Origin: a virus
IMG/VR virus record: IMGVR_UViG_3300022555_001761
DNA length: 64,000 nt
Reading direction: 5' to 3' (one strand)
Position numbers and translations under genes: made by a program. The notes beneath the pieces were generated by a model. That model saw only the letters and a list, made by a program, of their open reading frames with translations, ran no database searches and was not told the origin of the DNA. How positions within the stretch are numbered: position 1 is the first letter of the stretch; the number at the start of each line of letters is the position of its first letter. This document shows, piece after piece, positions 26,540 to 36,274 of the stretch.

Positions 26540-27186
26540 TAGGTATATACAAAATTACAAATATTATAAATAATAAATGTTATATAGGTTCATCAGTAGA
26601 TATTGTAGGTAGATGGTATCATCATAAAACAACATTAAAATTTAATAAACATCATTCAATAAAATTACAAAGATCCTATAATAAATACGGTTCAGATAAT
26701 TTTAAGTATGAAATTGTAGAAGAATGTGAAACAGAATTATTATTAATTAGAGAAGAATACTATATCAACTTATTTGATTGTTATAATAATGGATATAATT
26801 TTTCAATACCATCGAATTGTGTTATGCTTGGCAGACATCATAGTGAAGAAACAAAAGAAATACTTAGAGAAAAAAGTAAGGGTAATAAAAATAGATTAAA
26901 TATGACATTTAGTGATGAATCTAAAAAGAAAATAAGTGACAAATTAAAAGGACGGAAATTGTCAGATGAAACTAAACTAAATATGAGCAAAGGACAGAAG
27001 AATAGAATTTATTCAGACGAAGACTTGAAAAAAATTACTGAAATAAATAAATCTAGAATAGGAATACCGTTATCAGATGAGCATAAACTTAAATTAAGTT
27101 TAGCAAAAGTAGGAAAGAAACAAAGTCCAGAAACTATTGCAAAAAGAGTACAAAAAAACACTGGTCAAAAAAGAAAAAAAACTTAA
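26536..27186 (+). CDS. GIY-YIG homing endonuclease with NUMOD3 repeats
   Basis: IGIYKITNIINNKCYIGSSVDIVGRWYHHK...REEYYINLF...NGYN plus HSEETKEILREKSKG repeats. Confidence 0.85.
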   Translation: MIGIYKITNIINNKCYIGSSVDIVGRWYHHKTTLKFNKHHSIKLQRSYNKYGSDNFKYEIVEECETELLLIREEYYINLFDCYNNGYNFSIPSNCVMLGRHHSEETKEILREKSKGNKNRLNMTFSDESKKKISDKLKGRKLSDETKLNMSKGQKNRIYSDEDLKKITEINKSRIGIPLSDEHKLKLSLAKVGKKQSPETIAKRVQKNTGQKRKKT

Positions 27187-27249
27187 TTATTTTTATTACT
27201 ATATAGTATGTGGAATTTTCCGCAAATAAAAATAAATAATAAATTAAAA

Positions 27250-27447
27250 ATGAGTAAATTGAATGGAAAAGTCAAATTTTTTTCTGATAAAGGATTTGGC
27301 TTCATCGTTGAAAATCAAACAGGTGTAGAAGTATTCGTACACGCTACAGGTTTGCTTGATGAAATCAGAGAGAATGACGAAGTTGAGTATGAAGTTGTGC
27401 CAGGTAAAAAAGGCAACAATGCAGTGAATGTTAGAGTTTTAAACTAA
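27250..27447 (+). CDS. cold-shock protein (CspA family)
   Basis: MSKLNGKVKFFSDKGFGFIVENQTGVEVFVHATGL; track start 27208 is upstream and in frame. Confidence 0.85.
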   Translation: MSKLNGKVKFFSDKGFGFIVENQTGVEVFVHATGLLDEIRENDEVEYEVVPGKKGNNAVNVRVLN

Positions 27448-27472
27448 GATATTTTAATCATATTGTCTAATA

Positions 27473-27502
27473 AAAGAGCCTCAAAAATGAGGCTCTTTTT
27501 AT
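27473..27502 (+). terminator. rho-independent terminator
   Basis: AAAGAGCCTCA-aaaa-TGAGGCTCTTTTTAT. Confidence 0.7.
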
Positions 27503-27690
27503 TTAACAAACATCCAGCCATCAACTATCGTCACATAACATTTACAGTTCATACCTCTAACACCCGTGCTTACTTCAATTGGCATTGATTTAGCTCCAAC
27601 GATGAAGAATTTCAAAATCAGCATCCTCTAATTTTTCTGCAAATATTGCATGTAACTGATTCGTAAAAACACAATTTCTTGATACAGAAA

Positions 27691-28098
27691 TCATTTCTGG
27701 TAATATAGTTCTTTGATTTGCCATTGTCTAATAATTATTTTTTGGTTTTGATTAATAAATAAAGCGTCACATAACCTATCTTTACTCTTTATATCTCTTT
27801 TAATATTCCATTCAACAAACTTTCTTTTTGTTAAAAACTTAATGTTGTGTATTTCTTCTATTTTAGTGATGTCTTTGAAATATTCATCATTTAGATAATA
27901 AACATCTTGAAAATCAGTATTATCAAATACAAAAATTAGCTTACTATCTAAGTGATTTCTTAGAATGTCAGCTAATTTCCAGTTTTTATTTTGTCTTGTA
28001 AGTTTCCTAATTTCTAGGACTTCATCAACACATAATTTACATAATACATCATCAGTATCTGTACGTTCAAAACAAGAATATATAAATTCTAAATTCAT
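27691..28098 (-). CDS. hypothetical protein
   Basis: track ORF 135 aa. Confidence 0.4.
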   Translation of the reverse strand: MNLEFIYSCFERTDTDDVLCKLCVDEVLEIRKLTRQNKNWKLADILRNHLDSKLIFVFDNTDFQDVYYLNDEYFKDITKIEEIHNIKFLTKRKFVEWNIKRDIKSKDRLCDALFINQNQKIIIRQWQIKELYYQK

Positions 28099-28325
28099 TT
28101 TAAAGATTCTTTAATATAAGGTCTCAATTTTTTCATAACATAACCTTCCATTGCAAATTGCTTAGATGATGTCCATTCTAATTTAGATTCATCCCAATAT
28201 AAAGTTACGTCTTCAACTTCACCGCAAGAACTACCATGATTTGGTGCACGAAAACTTTCAACTTTACTTTTTAAAACACCACTTGCAGTAAGTTCTTTAA
28301 TCAAGTCTAAAAATTCTGGTTTCAT
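28095..28325 (-). CDS. hypothetical protein
   Basis: track ORF 76 aa. Confidence 0.4.
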   Translation of the reverse strand: MKPEFLDLIKELTASGVLKSKVESFRAPNHGSSCGEVEDVTLYWDESKLEWTSSKQFAMEGYVMKKLRPYIKESLK

Positions 28326-28348
28326 ATCTGATAGTTTTTAATTTGATA

Positions 28349-28358
28349 TACAAAGATA
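28349..28358 (-). promoter_or_regulatory. -7 box TATCTTTGTA (minus strand)
   Basis: reverse complement of TACAAAGATA, 24 nt upstream of start 28325; same box at 28959, 37832 and 38595. Confidence 0.45.
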
Positions 28359-28374
28359 CAAAAAGTAATTGATA

Positions 28375-28749
28375 TTACCTAATTCCAATACCAATATTTA
28401 CATTATTATTAAAATACCTAGATTCTTCTATTCTCGAAATTTCTTTTCCTTTAACTTTTAAGGTGGCTCTATTTAACCTATTTTCTGGCATACCAATATC
28501 TGAATGCATTACTTGATATGAAACTTCTCCAGTTGATTTAATAATTTTTTTACCATAGTAAACTATTCCATATCTCATTTGAAATCCAATGCTAGTAATA
28601 ACATAATAAGAATCAATGGATGTACCTAAGTTACAAGTAACAACATCACCAATTTTAAGATTTGCATTTTCAGAAACATATTTTTCAATGTTAGATTTCA
28701 ACTCTAAAAATGATGTGTTAATTTTTTGTTCTAATTCTTGAAAGTTCAT
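28375..28749 (-). CDS. hypothetical protein
   Basis: track ORF 124 aa. Confidence 0.4.
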   Translation of the reverse strand: MNFQELEQKINTSFLELKSNIEKYVSENANLKIGDVVTCNLGTSIDSYYVITSIGFQMRYGIVYYGKKIIKSTGEVSYQVMHSDIGMPENRLNRATLKVKGKEISRIEESRYFNNNVNIGIGIR

Positions 28750-28751
28750 AT

Positions 28752-28937
28752 TTATTTTTTTAAATGTAAATCATATTCAGCATTATAATCTTCTTCCTCA
28801 ACATCACCAACAATGTTTTGTTCCCATATTTGACTAATTTCACCAAATATATTTTCTGCAACACTAATATCACTTGATTTACGAAGTATTTCTACTATTT
28901 CAAGTGTTAATTTTCTAACTTCATCAGGCTTTACCAT
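28752..28937 (-). CDS. hypothetical acidic small protein
   Basis: track ORF 61 aa. Confidence 0.4.
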   Translation of the reverse strand: MVKPDEVRKLTLEIVEILRKSSDISVAENIFGEISQIWEQNIVGDVEEEDYNAEYDLHLKK

Positions 28938-28957
28938 TTATCACATTTTTAATTAGA

Positions 28958-29170
28958 CTACAAAGATACAAAAAATAAATTAAAAAAACAAGAAAGGAAG
29001 TAACATTTTTTAATATATAACATCCAGTTATATGACACTTCATATAATTCTAAATAGTCTTTGATATAGAAAATTTTATTAATAATATTTTTTAATCTTC
29101 TTGCTACTTTATTGCCTTCCTTTTCTTCTGGCTTTAATTTTATATCTTCAAATGCCTTAATATGTTTCAT
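28958..29170 (-). CDS. family-A-like small protein (MKHIKAFEDIK N-terminus; C-terminus atypical)
   Basis: track ORF 70 aa. Confidence 0.4.
   Translation of the reverse strand: MKHIKAFEDIKLKPEEKEGNKVARRLKNIINKIFYIKDYLELYEVSYNWMLYIKKCYFLSCFFNLFFVSL
28959..28968 (-). promoter_or_regulatory. -7 box TATCTTTGTA (minus strand)
   Basis: 22 nt upstream of start 28937; embedded in a 35-bp stretch repeated at 28331..28370. Confidence 0.45.
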
Positions 29171-29769
29171 ATGTTAAATTTTATTGAATCATTTTTTGCA
29201 TTTTGCGCTTCTATTTCTTCTGGTGTTGCAAATCTAAAATACTTTTTAAAAGAAGTTAATTGCATTTTATCATCAAGTATATAGCCATTTTCTGGACTAT
29301 TTGAATTGATACCATATTTAATTTTAATCATTTTTTCTGATGAACTGACTACTTCTCCAACATTGTTAGTTACAAAGTTCTTTTGTGCAGTATGACCATC
29401 TGAAATAAACGTTGGTAATCCAATCACAAAATCTTCAGATTCAAAATCTTGAAATGTTGGAGAGTAATTTTGTTGGATAGAATGCTCTAAATAATTTTCT
29501 TTAACAGGATTATCTTTTAAATACTGGGCTTGCTTTATAGTTTTGAAACTTATATCTCTTAACTTATTTATTTTATGATTTTTATCATTATTTAACTTTG
29601 TTCTCTTATGTGAATCTTTTTCTTTTTCTAATCTTTTTCTATCACTTTTAATACCTTTTTGTAAATATACCGCATTCTTCAACAGCCCTTTTTTTACTTT
29701 GAAAGGCTTTGCTGAATTGATTGTTATTGGTTTAAAATCCTCAAATGTCTTAATATGTTTCATACTCAT
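29167..29769 (-). CDS. family-A protein (MSMKHIKTFEDF...SIKFNI)
   Basis: track ORF 200 aa. Confidence 0.5.
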   Translation of the reverse strand: MSMKHIKTFEDFKPITINSAKPFKVKKGLLKNAVYLQKGIKSDRKRLEKEKDSHKRTKLNNDKNHKINKLRDISFKTIKQAQYLKDNPVKENYLEHSIQQNYSPTFQDFESEDFVIGLPTFISDGHTAQKNFVTNNVGEVVSSSEKMIKIKYGINSNSPENGYILDDKMQLTSFKKYFRFATPEEIEAQNAKNDSIKFNI

Positions 29770-29815
29770 TATATATAAAAAAATCAGGTCAATTTTTTTT
29801 TATCCATAAATATTA

Positions 29816-29825
29816 TATATTTGTA
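29816..29825 (+). promoter_or_regulatory. -7 box TATATTTGTA
   Basis: same 12-mer TATATTTGTAGT as at 36242; upstream of 29879. Confidence 0.4.
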
Positions 29826-29878
29826 GTAGAGTTGAAAACTTTTAGTACCAGACTCACTAAATAAAAATAAAATTAATA

Positions 29879-30283
29879 ATGAAAATTCGTAGTGGTTTTG
29901 TAAGTAACTCATCTTCAAGTAGTTTTGTTATACTTAGAGATGCTATATCTAATAATCAATTAGATATGATAATAAACATGGATTATTGGATTCGTGAGTT
30001 TATTAACAGGGATGAAAATAATGGTGGATCAGAAAATTTAATGGATAAATTTTGTTATTATGAATCAGATCCTTGGTCAATTGAAGTAAATGATGATTAT
30101 GTCTTTGGTGAAACATCTATGGATAATTTTAGTATTGGTGATTATTTTGAATATATAAAAGTCGACATGAGTTTTGTAAAGTGGGATGATGGATATGTTT
30201 ATTCACCAACTGACGAACAACTTGAATTTATTGAAGAAAAGAAAAAACTTATTCAAAAACCTAATAATTTTATTGATTTATGA
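29879..30283 (+). CDS. hypothetical protein
   Basis: track ORF 134 aa. Confidence 0.4.
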   Translation: MKIRSGFVSNSSSSSFVILRDAISNNQLDMIINMDYWIREFINRDENNGGSENLMDKFCYYESDPWSIEVNDDYVFGETSMDNFSIGDYFEYIKVDMSFVKWDDGYVYSPTDEQLEFIEEKKKLIQKPNNFIDL

Positions 30284-30663
30284 TCTCAGAAATTCCACTA
30301 TTTGCAGTACTTATTTTGTGTAACGCTTTCTTTATACTTAAATATCTTAAATTAAAAAAAGCCATAAGGTCTTATGAAAGAATAGGAACTGGAAGATATG
30401 GTTTTTACAAATATATAGGAACATATAGTCATTATAGTGCTTATGTATATGTAAATGAAATTGATAGATATACAGATGGTTATTCAAAAATTAGAATTGA
30501 TAGAATTGAAGCTTTCACCAAATCAAGTGAAAGTGATGCAATTGAAAAATCAACAAATGCTTTTCTATCATTGAAACTAACAAATGAAATTGAATGGTTA
30601 GAGAGTGAAGATAATATAAAAAGAATTAGAAAAGAAAAATTAGAACAAATAGCTAAATTATAA
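30280..30663 (+). CDS. family-B membrane protein, paralog of 39619..40119
   Basis: N-terminal TM; EIDRYTDGYSKI ... NEIEWLESEDNIKRIRKEKLEQIAKL shared with 39619 (ELDRYTNGMSKI ... TEIEWLESEETIKELRKQKLKKIAEL). Confidence 0.55.
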   Translation: MISEIPLFAVLILCNAFFILKYLKLKKAIRSYERIGTGRYGFYKYIGTYSHYSAYVYVNEIDRYTDGYSKIRIDRIEAFTKSSESDAIEKSTNAFLSLKLTNEIEWLESEDNIKRIRKEKLEQIAKL

Positions 30664-30684
30664 TATTTAGCAAAAATCCTAAAT

Positions 30685-30714
30685 TAGCCACTATCTAGTG
30701 GCTTTTTTATTTTA
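30685..30714 (+). terminator. rho-independent terminator
   Basis: AGCCACTA-tc-TAGTGGCTTTTTTATTTT. Confidence 0.7.
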
Positions 30715-30797
30715 AATTTTTTAAACTATTTGAAAATTTTTATCTATAGTCTTTACAGAATATAAAATTTTCATAGTATAAATCAAAAAACTAAATT

Positions 30798-33209
30798 ATG
30801 GGTTACGAAAACAAAAGAGGGGATTTAATTCTTCCACAAGGCACCTTTGTATATATACAAGACGGTGCTGCAGGTACAGTGCAAGTTGCAGTTGGACCTT
30901 ACAAAGAAAGCATTGGTGAGATTGACAAAATCGTTGTATTTGATGAAAAATCAAGAAAATTCATTCAAGTAAACGAGTTTAACGATGCAATCCAAGTTGC
31001 TAGATCAGCCGATGAAGGTCAATACATTGTGCTGATAAATCCAGCAGAGCCAAAAGACAATGAACAGAAATTCCCACAAAGAGGAAAGAATTCAACAATG
31101 GCAACTCTAAAAACAGGAAGCAAGGTAAATATTCCAGGTCCTGCTACATTTCCACTTTGGCCAGGTCAAATTGGTAAAGTATTAGACGGTCACAATCTTA
31201 AATACAATGAATATCTTATTGTAAGGGTTTACAACGAAGAACAAGCAAAGAAAAACCTTTCTAATGCTATTGTTAAAACTGCCGCATCAGATGATAAATC
31301 TAAATCACTGATCGCAAAAGAAGATTTAGTAACAGGCAAATTACTTGTTATTAAAGGTACAGATGTATCTTTTTACATTCCACCTACTGGTATTGAAGTT
31401 GTTTCTGAAAACGGAAACTATGTTCGTAAATCTGTCACATTAGAGAGATTAGAATATTGTATTCTATTAGATCAAAATGGTGACAAGAGGTACGAAAAAG
31501 GACCAGCAGTTGTTTTCCCTAAACCAACTGAAGAATTCCTTGAACAAGATGGTAAAAAGAAATTCAAAGCACTTGAATTGAATGACAATATGGGTATTTA
31601 CCTTAAAGTCATTGCTGATTATGAAGAAGATGGTCGTCAGTATAAAACTGGTGAAGAACTCTTTCTTACTGGCAAAGAACAAAAAATCTACTTCCCAAGA
31701 GAAGAACACGCTATTATCAAATATGATGATAGGGCTATGCATTATGCAGTTGCGATCACTGGTGGTGAAGCTCGCTATGTCCTTAACAAAGACACAGGTA
31801 GTATTTCATTATTTGTTGGTCCAAAAATGTTCATTCCAGACCCACGAAAAGAAGTAATCGTTAAGAGAATTCTTGATGAAAAAACTATCAAATTGTGGTT
31901 CCCTGATAGTATTGATGCACTTCAGCACAATAAAATATTAGAAGCTGAAATGAGTCAAAATGATTTTTCTGATCTTGGTTACAGAAGTAGTGCATATGTT
32001 GCTGAAAGAGGCGGATTCTCAAAACAAGTAAAAAGCTCATCTTTGAATATGGCAGATGAAATGAGTAGGAAAAACGCATTCACAAAACCAAGAACTTTGA
32101 CAATGGATAACAAGTACGAAGGTGCTGTTACTATCAATGTTTGGCCTGGTTATGCAGTTCAAATAGTTAAGAAAACTGGTGAACGTGAAGTTGTTGTTGG
32201 ACCAAAAGTTAGATTGCTTGAATTTGACGAAACACTTGAAGTTCTTGAACTTTCAACTGGTAAACCAAAAACAGACAATGTTTTAATGAAAACTGTCTAT
32301 CTTCAGACTGAAAACAATGTTGTATCAGACATTATTGATGCTGAAACAAAAGACTTAGTTAATGTTAAAATCCGTTTGTCTTACAGAGTTAACTTCACTG
32401 GAGATAATAAGAAATGGTTCAATGTTTCTAATTATGTGAAATTGATGACTCAACACCTTCGTTCACTTGTTCGTAACAGAGTGAAGAAAATCAACATCGA
32501 AGACTTTAATAGTGATCCTGCTGATATTCTTCGTGATACTGTATTAGGACCAGCAGAAGAAGGCAAGAAAAGGGTAGGTAAAACTTTCTCTGAGAATGGA
32601 ATGCATGTTTATGATATTGAAGTTCTTGATATTATCATTGGTGACAATGAAATCTCATACTTCCTTAAAGATTATCAGAAACATATTGTTAAACAGAATT
32701 TAGAAATGAATAAGCTTCAGAAAGATTTGGATAATACCAAAAAAGAAGAAGATATAACAAGACAAATTCTTGAAGAAAAAGCAAAAACAGAGGATATTCG
32801 TGTTACAATTAACAAATCTAAGATTGAAACTGCAAATTCTATTGAACTGTTGAAAGTAAATGCTGAAAAAGAAAGACAAGTAATTCTTGATGAAATTTCA
32901 AAAATGATTCTTGAAGTTAATAAACTTAAAGATGAACACAAACTTGAAGTTGATAAAGAAAGCTCTGATATTCGTACGGCAGAATATGAAAAACAGATGG
33001 CATCTATTCAGCCTAGATTGATTGAAGCAATGATTACACTTGGTGGTGTTAAAACTACTGAAATCCTTGCCAGAAATCTTAAAGAACAAGGTAATGATTG
33101 GACTAATATGTTCAAAAAAGGCGGAATTGACGGATTATTAGAAACAGTTAAAGGTACTCCTTTATATGATAATTTGATGGCGGTTCTTAATCCTGAAAAA
33201 CCAAAGTAA
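30798..33209 (+). CDS. major vault protein (MVP) homolog
   Basis: 803 aa; N-terminal MVP-repeat region ([80 protein letters not shown]), shoulder region alignable with vertebrate MVP ([26 protein letters not shown] vs [43 protein letters not shown] vs FDDFHKNSARIIRTAV) and a long C-terminal coiled coil (cap-helix equivalent). Confidence 0.8.
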   Translation: [803 protein letters not shown]

Positions 33210-33211
33210 TT

Positions 33212-33445
33212 ATGGAAAGTAGAAGTGAATTAATGACAGTTAGCCAATTGTATGAAGTTTTAACAAAATGTGTTAATAATGGATATGGTGATAAATTTAT
33301 TCAAGTAAATGAATATTTTGTTGGCTATGAAGAAGAAGATGAAGAACAATTTGGTATAGGTGAAGATCAAATATTATTGTCCGCAATTCATGTTCAAGAT
33401 ATTATTGAATATGGAGAAGAAACTGGTGATGAAATTGATTGCTAA
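33212..33445 (+). CDS. small highly acidic protein downstream of MVP
   Basis: track ORF 77 aa, EEEDEEQFGIGED; 2-nt gap after the MVP stop. Confidence 0.45.
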   Translation: MESRSELMTVSQLYEVLTKCVNNGYGDKFIQVNEYFVGYEEEDEEQFGIGEDQILLSAIHVQDIIEYGEETGDEIDC

Positions 33446-33448
33446 TTT

Positions 33449-33637
33449 ATGAAAAAGAAATTCAGAGAATTAGATTTAGATGGTCATAAATATGGCTGGA
33501 TCGTAAAAGATGACGATGATGGAAATTCATTACGCATATATAAAGATAAAAAAATAATTTATGACGAAGTAATATCAGGTGATATTGACATTACTCCAAA
33601 AATAGTAGCCGATATTATTTTTAAAGAAACTAAATAA
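33449..33637 (+). CDS. hypothetical small protein
   Basis: track ORF 62 aa. Confidence 0.4.
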   Translation: MKKKFRELDLDGHKYGWIVKDDDDGNSLRIYKDKKIIYDEVISGDIDITPKIVADIIFKETK

Positions 33638-33660
33638 ATATTTTTTGAATTAGAAAAAGA

Positions 33661-33697
33661 AAATGAGAAGTATTCACATACTTCTCATTTTTTATTT
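33661..33697 (+). terminator. rho-independent terminator closing the MVP operon
   Basis: AAATGAGAAGTAT-tcac-ATACTTCTCATTTTTTATTT. Confidence 0.7.
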
Positions 33698-33771
33698 AAA
33701 ACTTTTCCGTATATTTGTAAAAAATTGTACAATAATGTATATTTAGTTGATGTTGTTTTTATATATACAAT

Positions 33772-34542
33772 ATGGAAAAACGACAAAAAATATGTGGTGT
33801 TTATAAGATAACCAACACATTAACTAAAAAGTATTATATTGGAAGTGCAGTTGATCTAAAAAATAGATTTAAATGTCACAAACAATTATTAAAAAATAAT
33901 AAACATTATAATAGTCACTTACAATCATCATATAATAAATATGGTAAAGAAAATTTTATTTATGAAATCATAGAAACCAATGACAATAAAGAAAATATAA
34001 TAGAAAGAGAACAGTATTGGATTAATTTTTTAGATGCTAATAATACTAAAAAAGGGTATAATAAAAGAATAATTGCCACATCAAATTTAGGAATTAAATC
34101 TTCAGAAAAAACAAAAGAAAAATTAAGACTTTCTCATTTGGGGCATAAACAAAGTGAAGAATCAAAAATAAAAATATCAGAATCACAATATAAAAAAGTT
34201 TGTCAATTTGATAAAAATGGTAATCATATTAATACATTTAATTCTTTTAAAGAAGCTTCTGAAAAAACAAATATTGTAGAACCTGGGATATCAATGGTAA
34301 TAAATAAAAAATTAAAAAGCACAGGTGGTTTTTATTGGTGTTTATTAGAAAATATAAATGAGTTTTCTATTCCAGTTTATAGAATAGATAAAAAACATAA
34401 AAAAATAAAAATAACTTGCTTAGAATCTAATGAAACATTTAATTTTGATTCTATACCAGAAGCAAGTAATAAATTAAACATATCAAAAACATTATTATAC
34501 ACAAAGAATAAAAATAAAAAATATAAATGGGAAAGAATTTAA
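33772..34542 (+). CDS. GIY-YIG homing endonuclease
   Basis: CGVYKITNTLTKKYYIGSAVDLKNRFKCHK ... REQYWINFLD ... GYN plus SEKTKEKLRLSHLG NUMOD-like repeats. Confidence 0.85.
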   Translation: MEKRQKICGVYKITNTLTKKYYIGSAVDLKNRFKCHKQLLKNNKHYNSHLQSSYNKYGKENFIYEIIETNDNKENIIEREQYWINFLDANNTKKGYNKRIIATSNLGIKSSEKTKEKLRLSHLGHKQSEESKIKISESQYKKVCQFDKNGNHINTFNSFKEASEKTNIVEPGISMVINKKLKSTGGFYWCLLENINEFSIPVYRIDKKHKKIKITCLESNETFNFDSIPEASNKLNISKTLLYTKNKNKKYKWERI

Positions 34543-34895
34543 AAAATATTTACCTTGACGACTTGAGAACACCATATGAAGATAAGTGGATAATTGTTAG
34601 AGGGTTCTATCAATTTATTGAAACTGTAGAATCAATTGGCTTAGAAAATATTGGTGCAATTTCATTAGATCATGATCTTGGAATATTTGTAGGTGAAGAA
34701 GAAAAAACTGGTTACGATTGTGCTAAATGGTTAGTCAATTTATCTATGGACAAAGGTATTAATCTTCCACAAATTTATGTTCACTCCGCTAATACAGTAG
34801 GATTACTGAATATTATAAACTATGTAAATAATTATTTACATTTTTGTGAGCAACCAGAAACTTGTTCTATTGGTTATACGGCATTTAAAATTTAA
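34527..34895 (+). CDS. hypothetical protein
   Basis: track ORF 122 aa. Confidence 0.4.
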   Translation: MGKNLKNIYLDDLRTPYEDKWIIVRGFYQFIETVESIGLENIGAISLDHDLGIFVGEEEKTGYDCAKWLVNLSMDKGINLPQIYVHSANTVGLLNIINYVNNYLHFCEQPETCSIGYTAFKI

Positions 34896-34904
34896 AAATA
34901 AAAT

Positions 34905-35099
34905 ATGAGAAATTTATTTAATTGTAAATATGTTATTAATAATGTAGTTAATGGATATAAACTACGTAGAAAAATTACTTTTTTTGGACTAACATTTCAT
35001 GAAACTCTTGATATATGTAGTAACAAAAAAATATTAGATGAATCATTAAAAATACTTGGCATTGATTCATGTAAATGTAAAAATTATCCTGAAAATTAA
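34905..35099 (+). CDS. hypothetical small protein
   Basis: track ORF 64 aa. Confidence 0.35.
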   Translation: MRNLFNCKYVINNVVNGYKLRRKITFFGLTFHETLDICSNKKILDESLKILGIDSCKCKNYPEN

Positions 35100-35100
35100 A

Positions 35101-35128
35101 AAAGTGGCAATTGCCACTTTTTTTTATA
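35101..35128. terminator. bidirectional rho-independent terminator
   Basis: AAAGTGGCAATTGCCACTTTTTTTT palindromic hairpin between convergent genes. Confidence 0.7.
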
Positions 35129-35654
35129 AATTAAATTTTTTTATATTTAATAATAAATTAAATTTTTCTATTGATATTTGATTAATTAAATCTTCTATAT
35201 TATCTAAATTTATAACGTAAGTATAAGACATCGAACTTTTATAAGTATTTTCTAAATTTTCTAAATTGCTAAAATAGTATAATATATTATCAATAAGAGT
35301 ATTTAAATCTGAACCTTTTTTTATTTTTAATAACATAAATACACCACCTGTTTTATTTCGGCTTTCAGATATATAAATTTCAAATTTAAATGAGTATGGT
35401 GATAATATGTTTTTTGATGATTTAAATTCTGTATCATAGTGATATGTATTACAATTACATTTTGTATTTATATCACTATATACATCATCATCAATATTAT
35501 AAAATTTAGTTTCATATCTATATTTAAACCCTTCACCAAAAACCTCACATAAATGATTTGTTAATCTAATTGCATCAGATTTTAACTTATTAAGTAATAT
35601 TTCTTTTTTTTGATTCAAAGTAACATATTTATCAAATATATTTATATATCTCAT
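35124..35654 (-). CDS. family-A protein (MRYINIFDKY...NIKKFNL) co-oriented directly downstream of the endolysin gene
   Basis: track ORF 176 aa. Confidence 0.5.
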   Translation of the reverse strand: MRYINIFDKYVTLNQKKEILLNKLKSDAIRLTNHLCEVFGEGFKYRYETKFYNIDDDVYSDINTKCNCNTYHYDTEFKSSKNILSPYSFKFEIYISESRNKTGGVFMLLKIKKGSDLNTLIDNILYYFSNLENLENTYKSSMSYTYVINLDNIEDLINQISIEKFNLLLNIKKFNL

Positions 35655-35657
35655 ACT

Positions 35658-36191
35658 TTAGACATTAAGGATTCCGCTTATTCTATTACAAATTGATGTA
35701 AGTGTTTGTGCGTAGTTCGGATCCGTAGCATACCCCGCAAGAGAAATTGCATTTATAAATGCAATAGGATCTTCTTTAACTTCCAATGCTGCAGAATATC
35801 TTGGATTTCTAATAAGAAAATTGGCGTGATCAGTAAAACATTCTTCAGGTGATTCATATTTTCTAAAATAATCTTTAACAACATATTTGAAATATTTTTG
35901 TCCATTTCTCACTGTTGGTGTTACTGATATTATTTGAGGAAATTTTAAATCTGCTCTACGGCTATATTCTGTAGTTGTTAGTAGTTGTTCATTTCCATTG
36001 ATTCCATCAGTGTCTTTTACACCGAAATAAGCCCAACCTGGAGAAGATGAATTCCAACCGCTTTCTAATGCGGCTTGTGCCAAAATTGCTATTGCTGATA
36101 TACCAGTTTCATTTTGTGTTGATTCTGCAAAAGGATAAAGTAGTCCAACAAAGTCTTCTGGCTTTAATTTAGTGCTAGGTGTTAGTTCCAT
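35658..36191 (-). CDS. glucosaminidase-domain peptidoglycan hydrolase (endolysin/FlgJ-like)
   Basis: AQAALESGWNSSSPGWAYFGVK ... LAGYATDPNYAQTL glucosaminidase motifs. Confidence 0.7.
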   Translation of the reverse strand: MELTPSTKLKPEDFVGLLYPFAESTQNETGISAIAILAQAALESGWNSSSPGWAYFGVKDTDGINGNEQLLTTTEYSRRADLKFPQIISVTPTVRNGQKYFKYVVKDYFRKYESPEECFTDHANFLIRNPRYSAALEVKEDPIAFINAISLAGYATDPNYAQTLTSICNRISGILNV

Positions 36192-36241
36192 AATTTATTT
36201 TTTTAATTATATATTAATTTTTTATTCTGAATAAAAGGAGT

Positions 36242-36251
36242 TATATTTGTA
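36242..36251 (+). promoter_or_regulatory. -7 box TATATTTGTA
   Basis: 24 nt upstream of ATG 36275. Confidence 0.45.
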
Positions 36252-36274
36252 GTCTAATTAAAAAAATAATTAAT

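Noticed and set aside
30798-33209. 803-aa ORF as a phage major capsid or tail protein
   Set aside because: Residue-level alignment to the MVP repeat and shoulder regions is much more specific than any HK97 or tail-fibre-like pattern.
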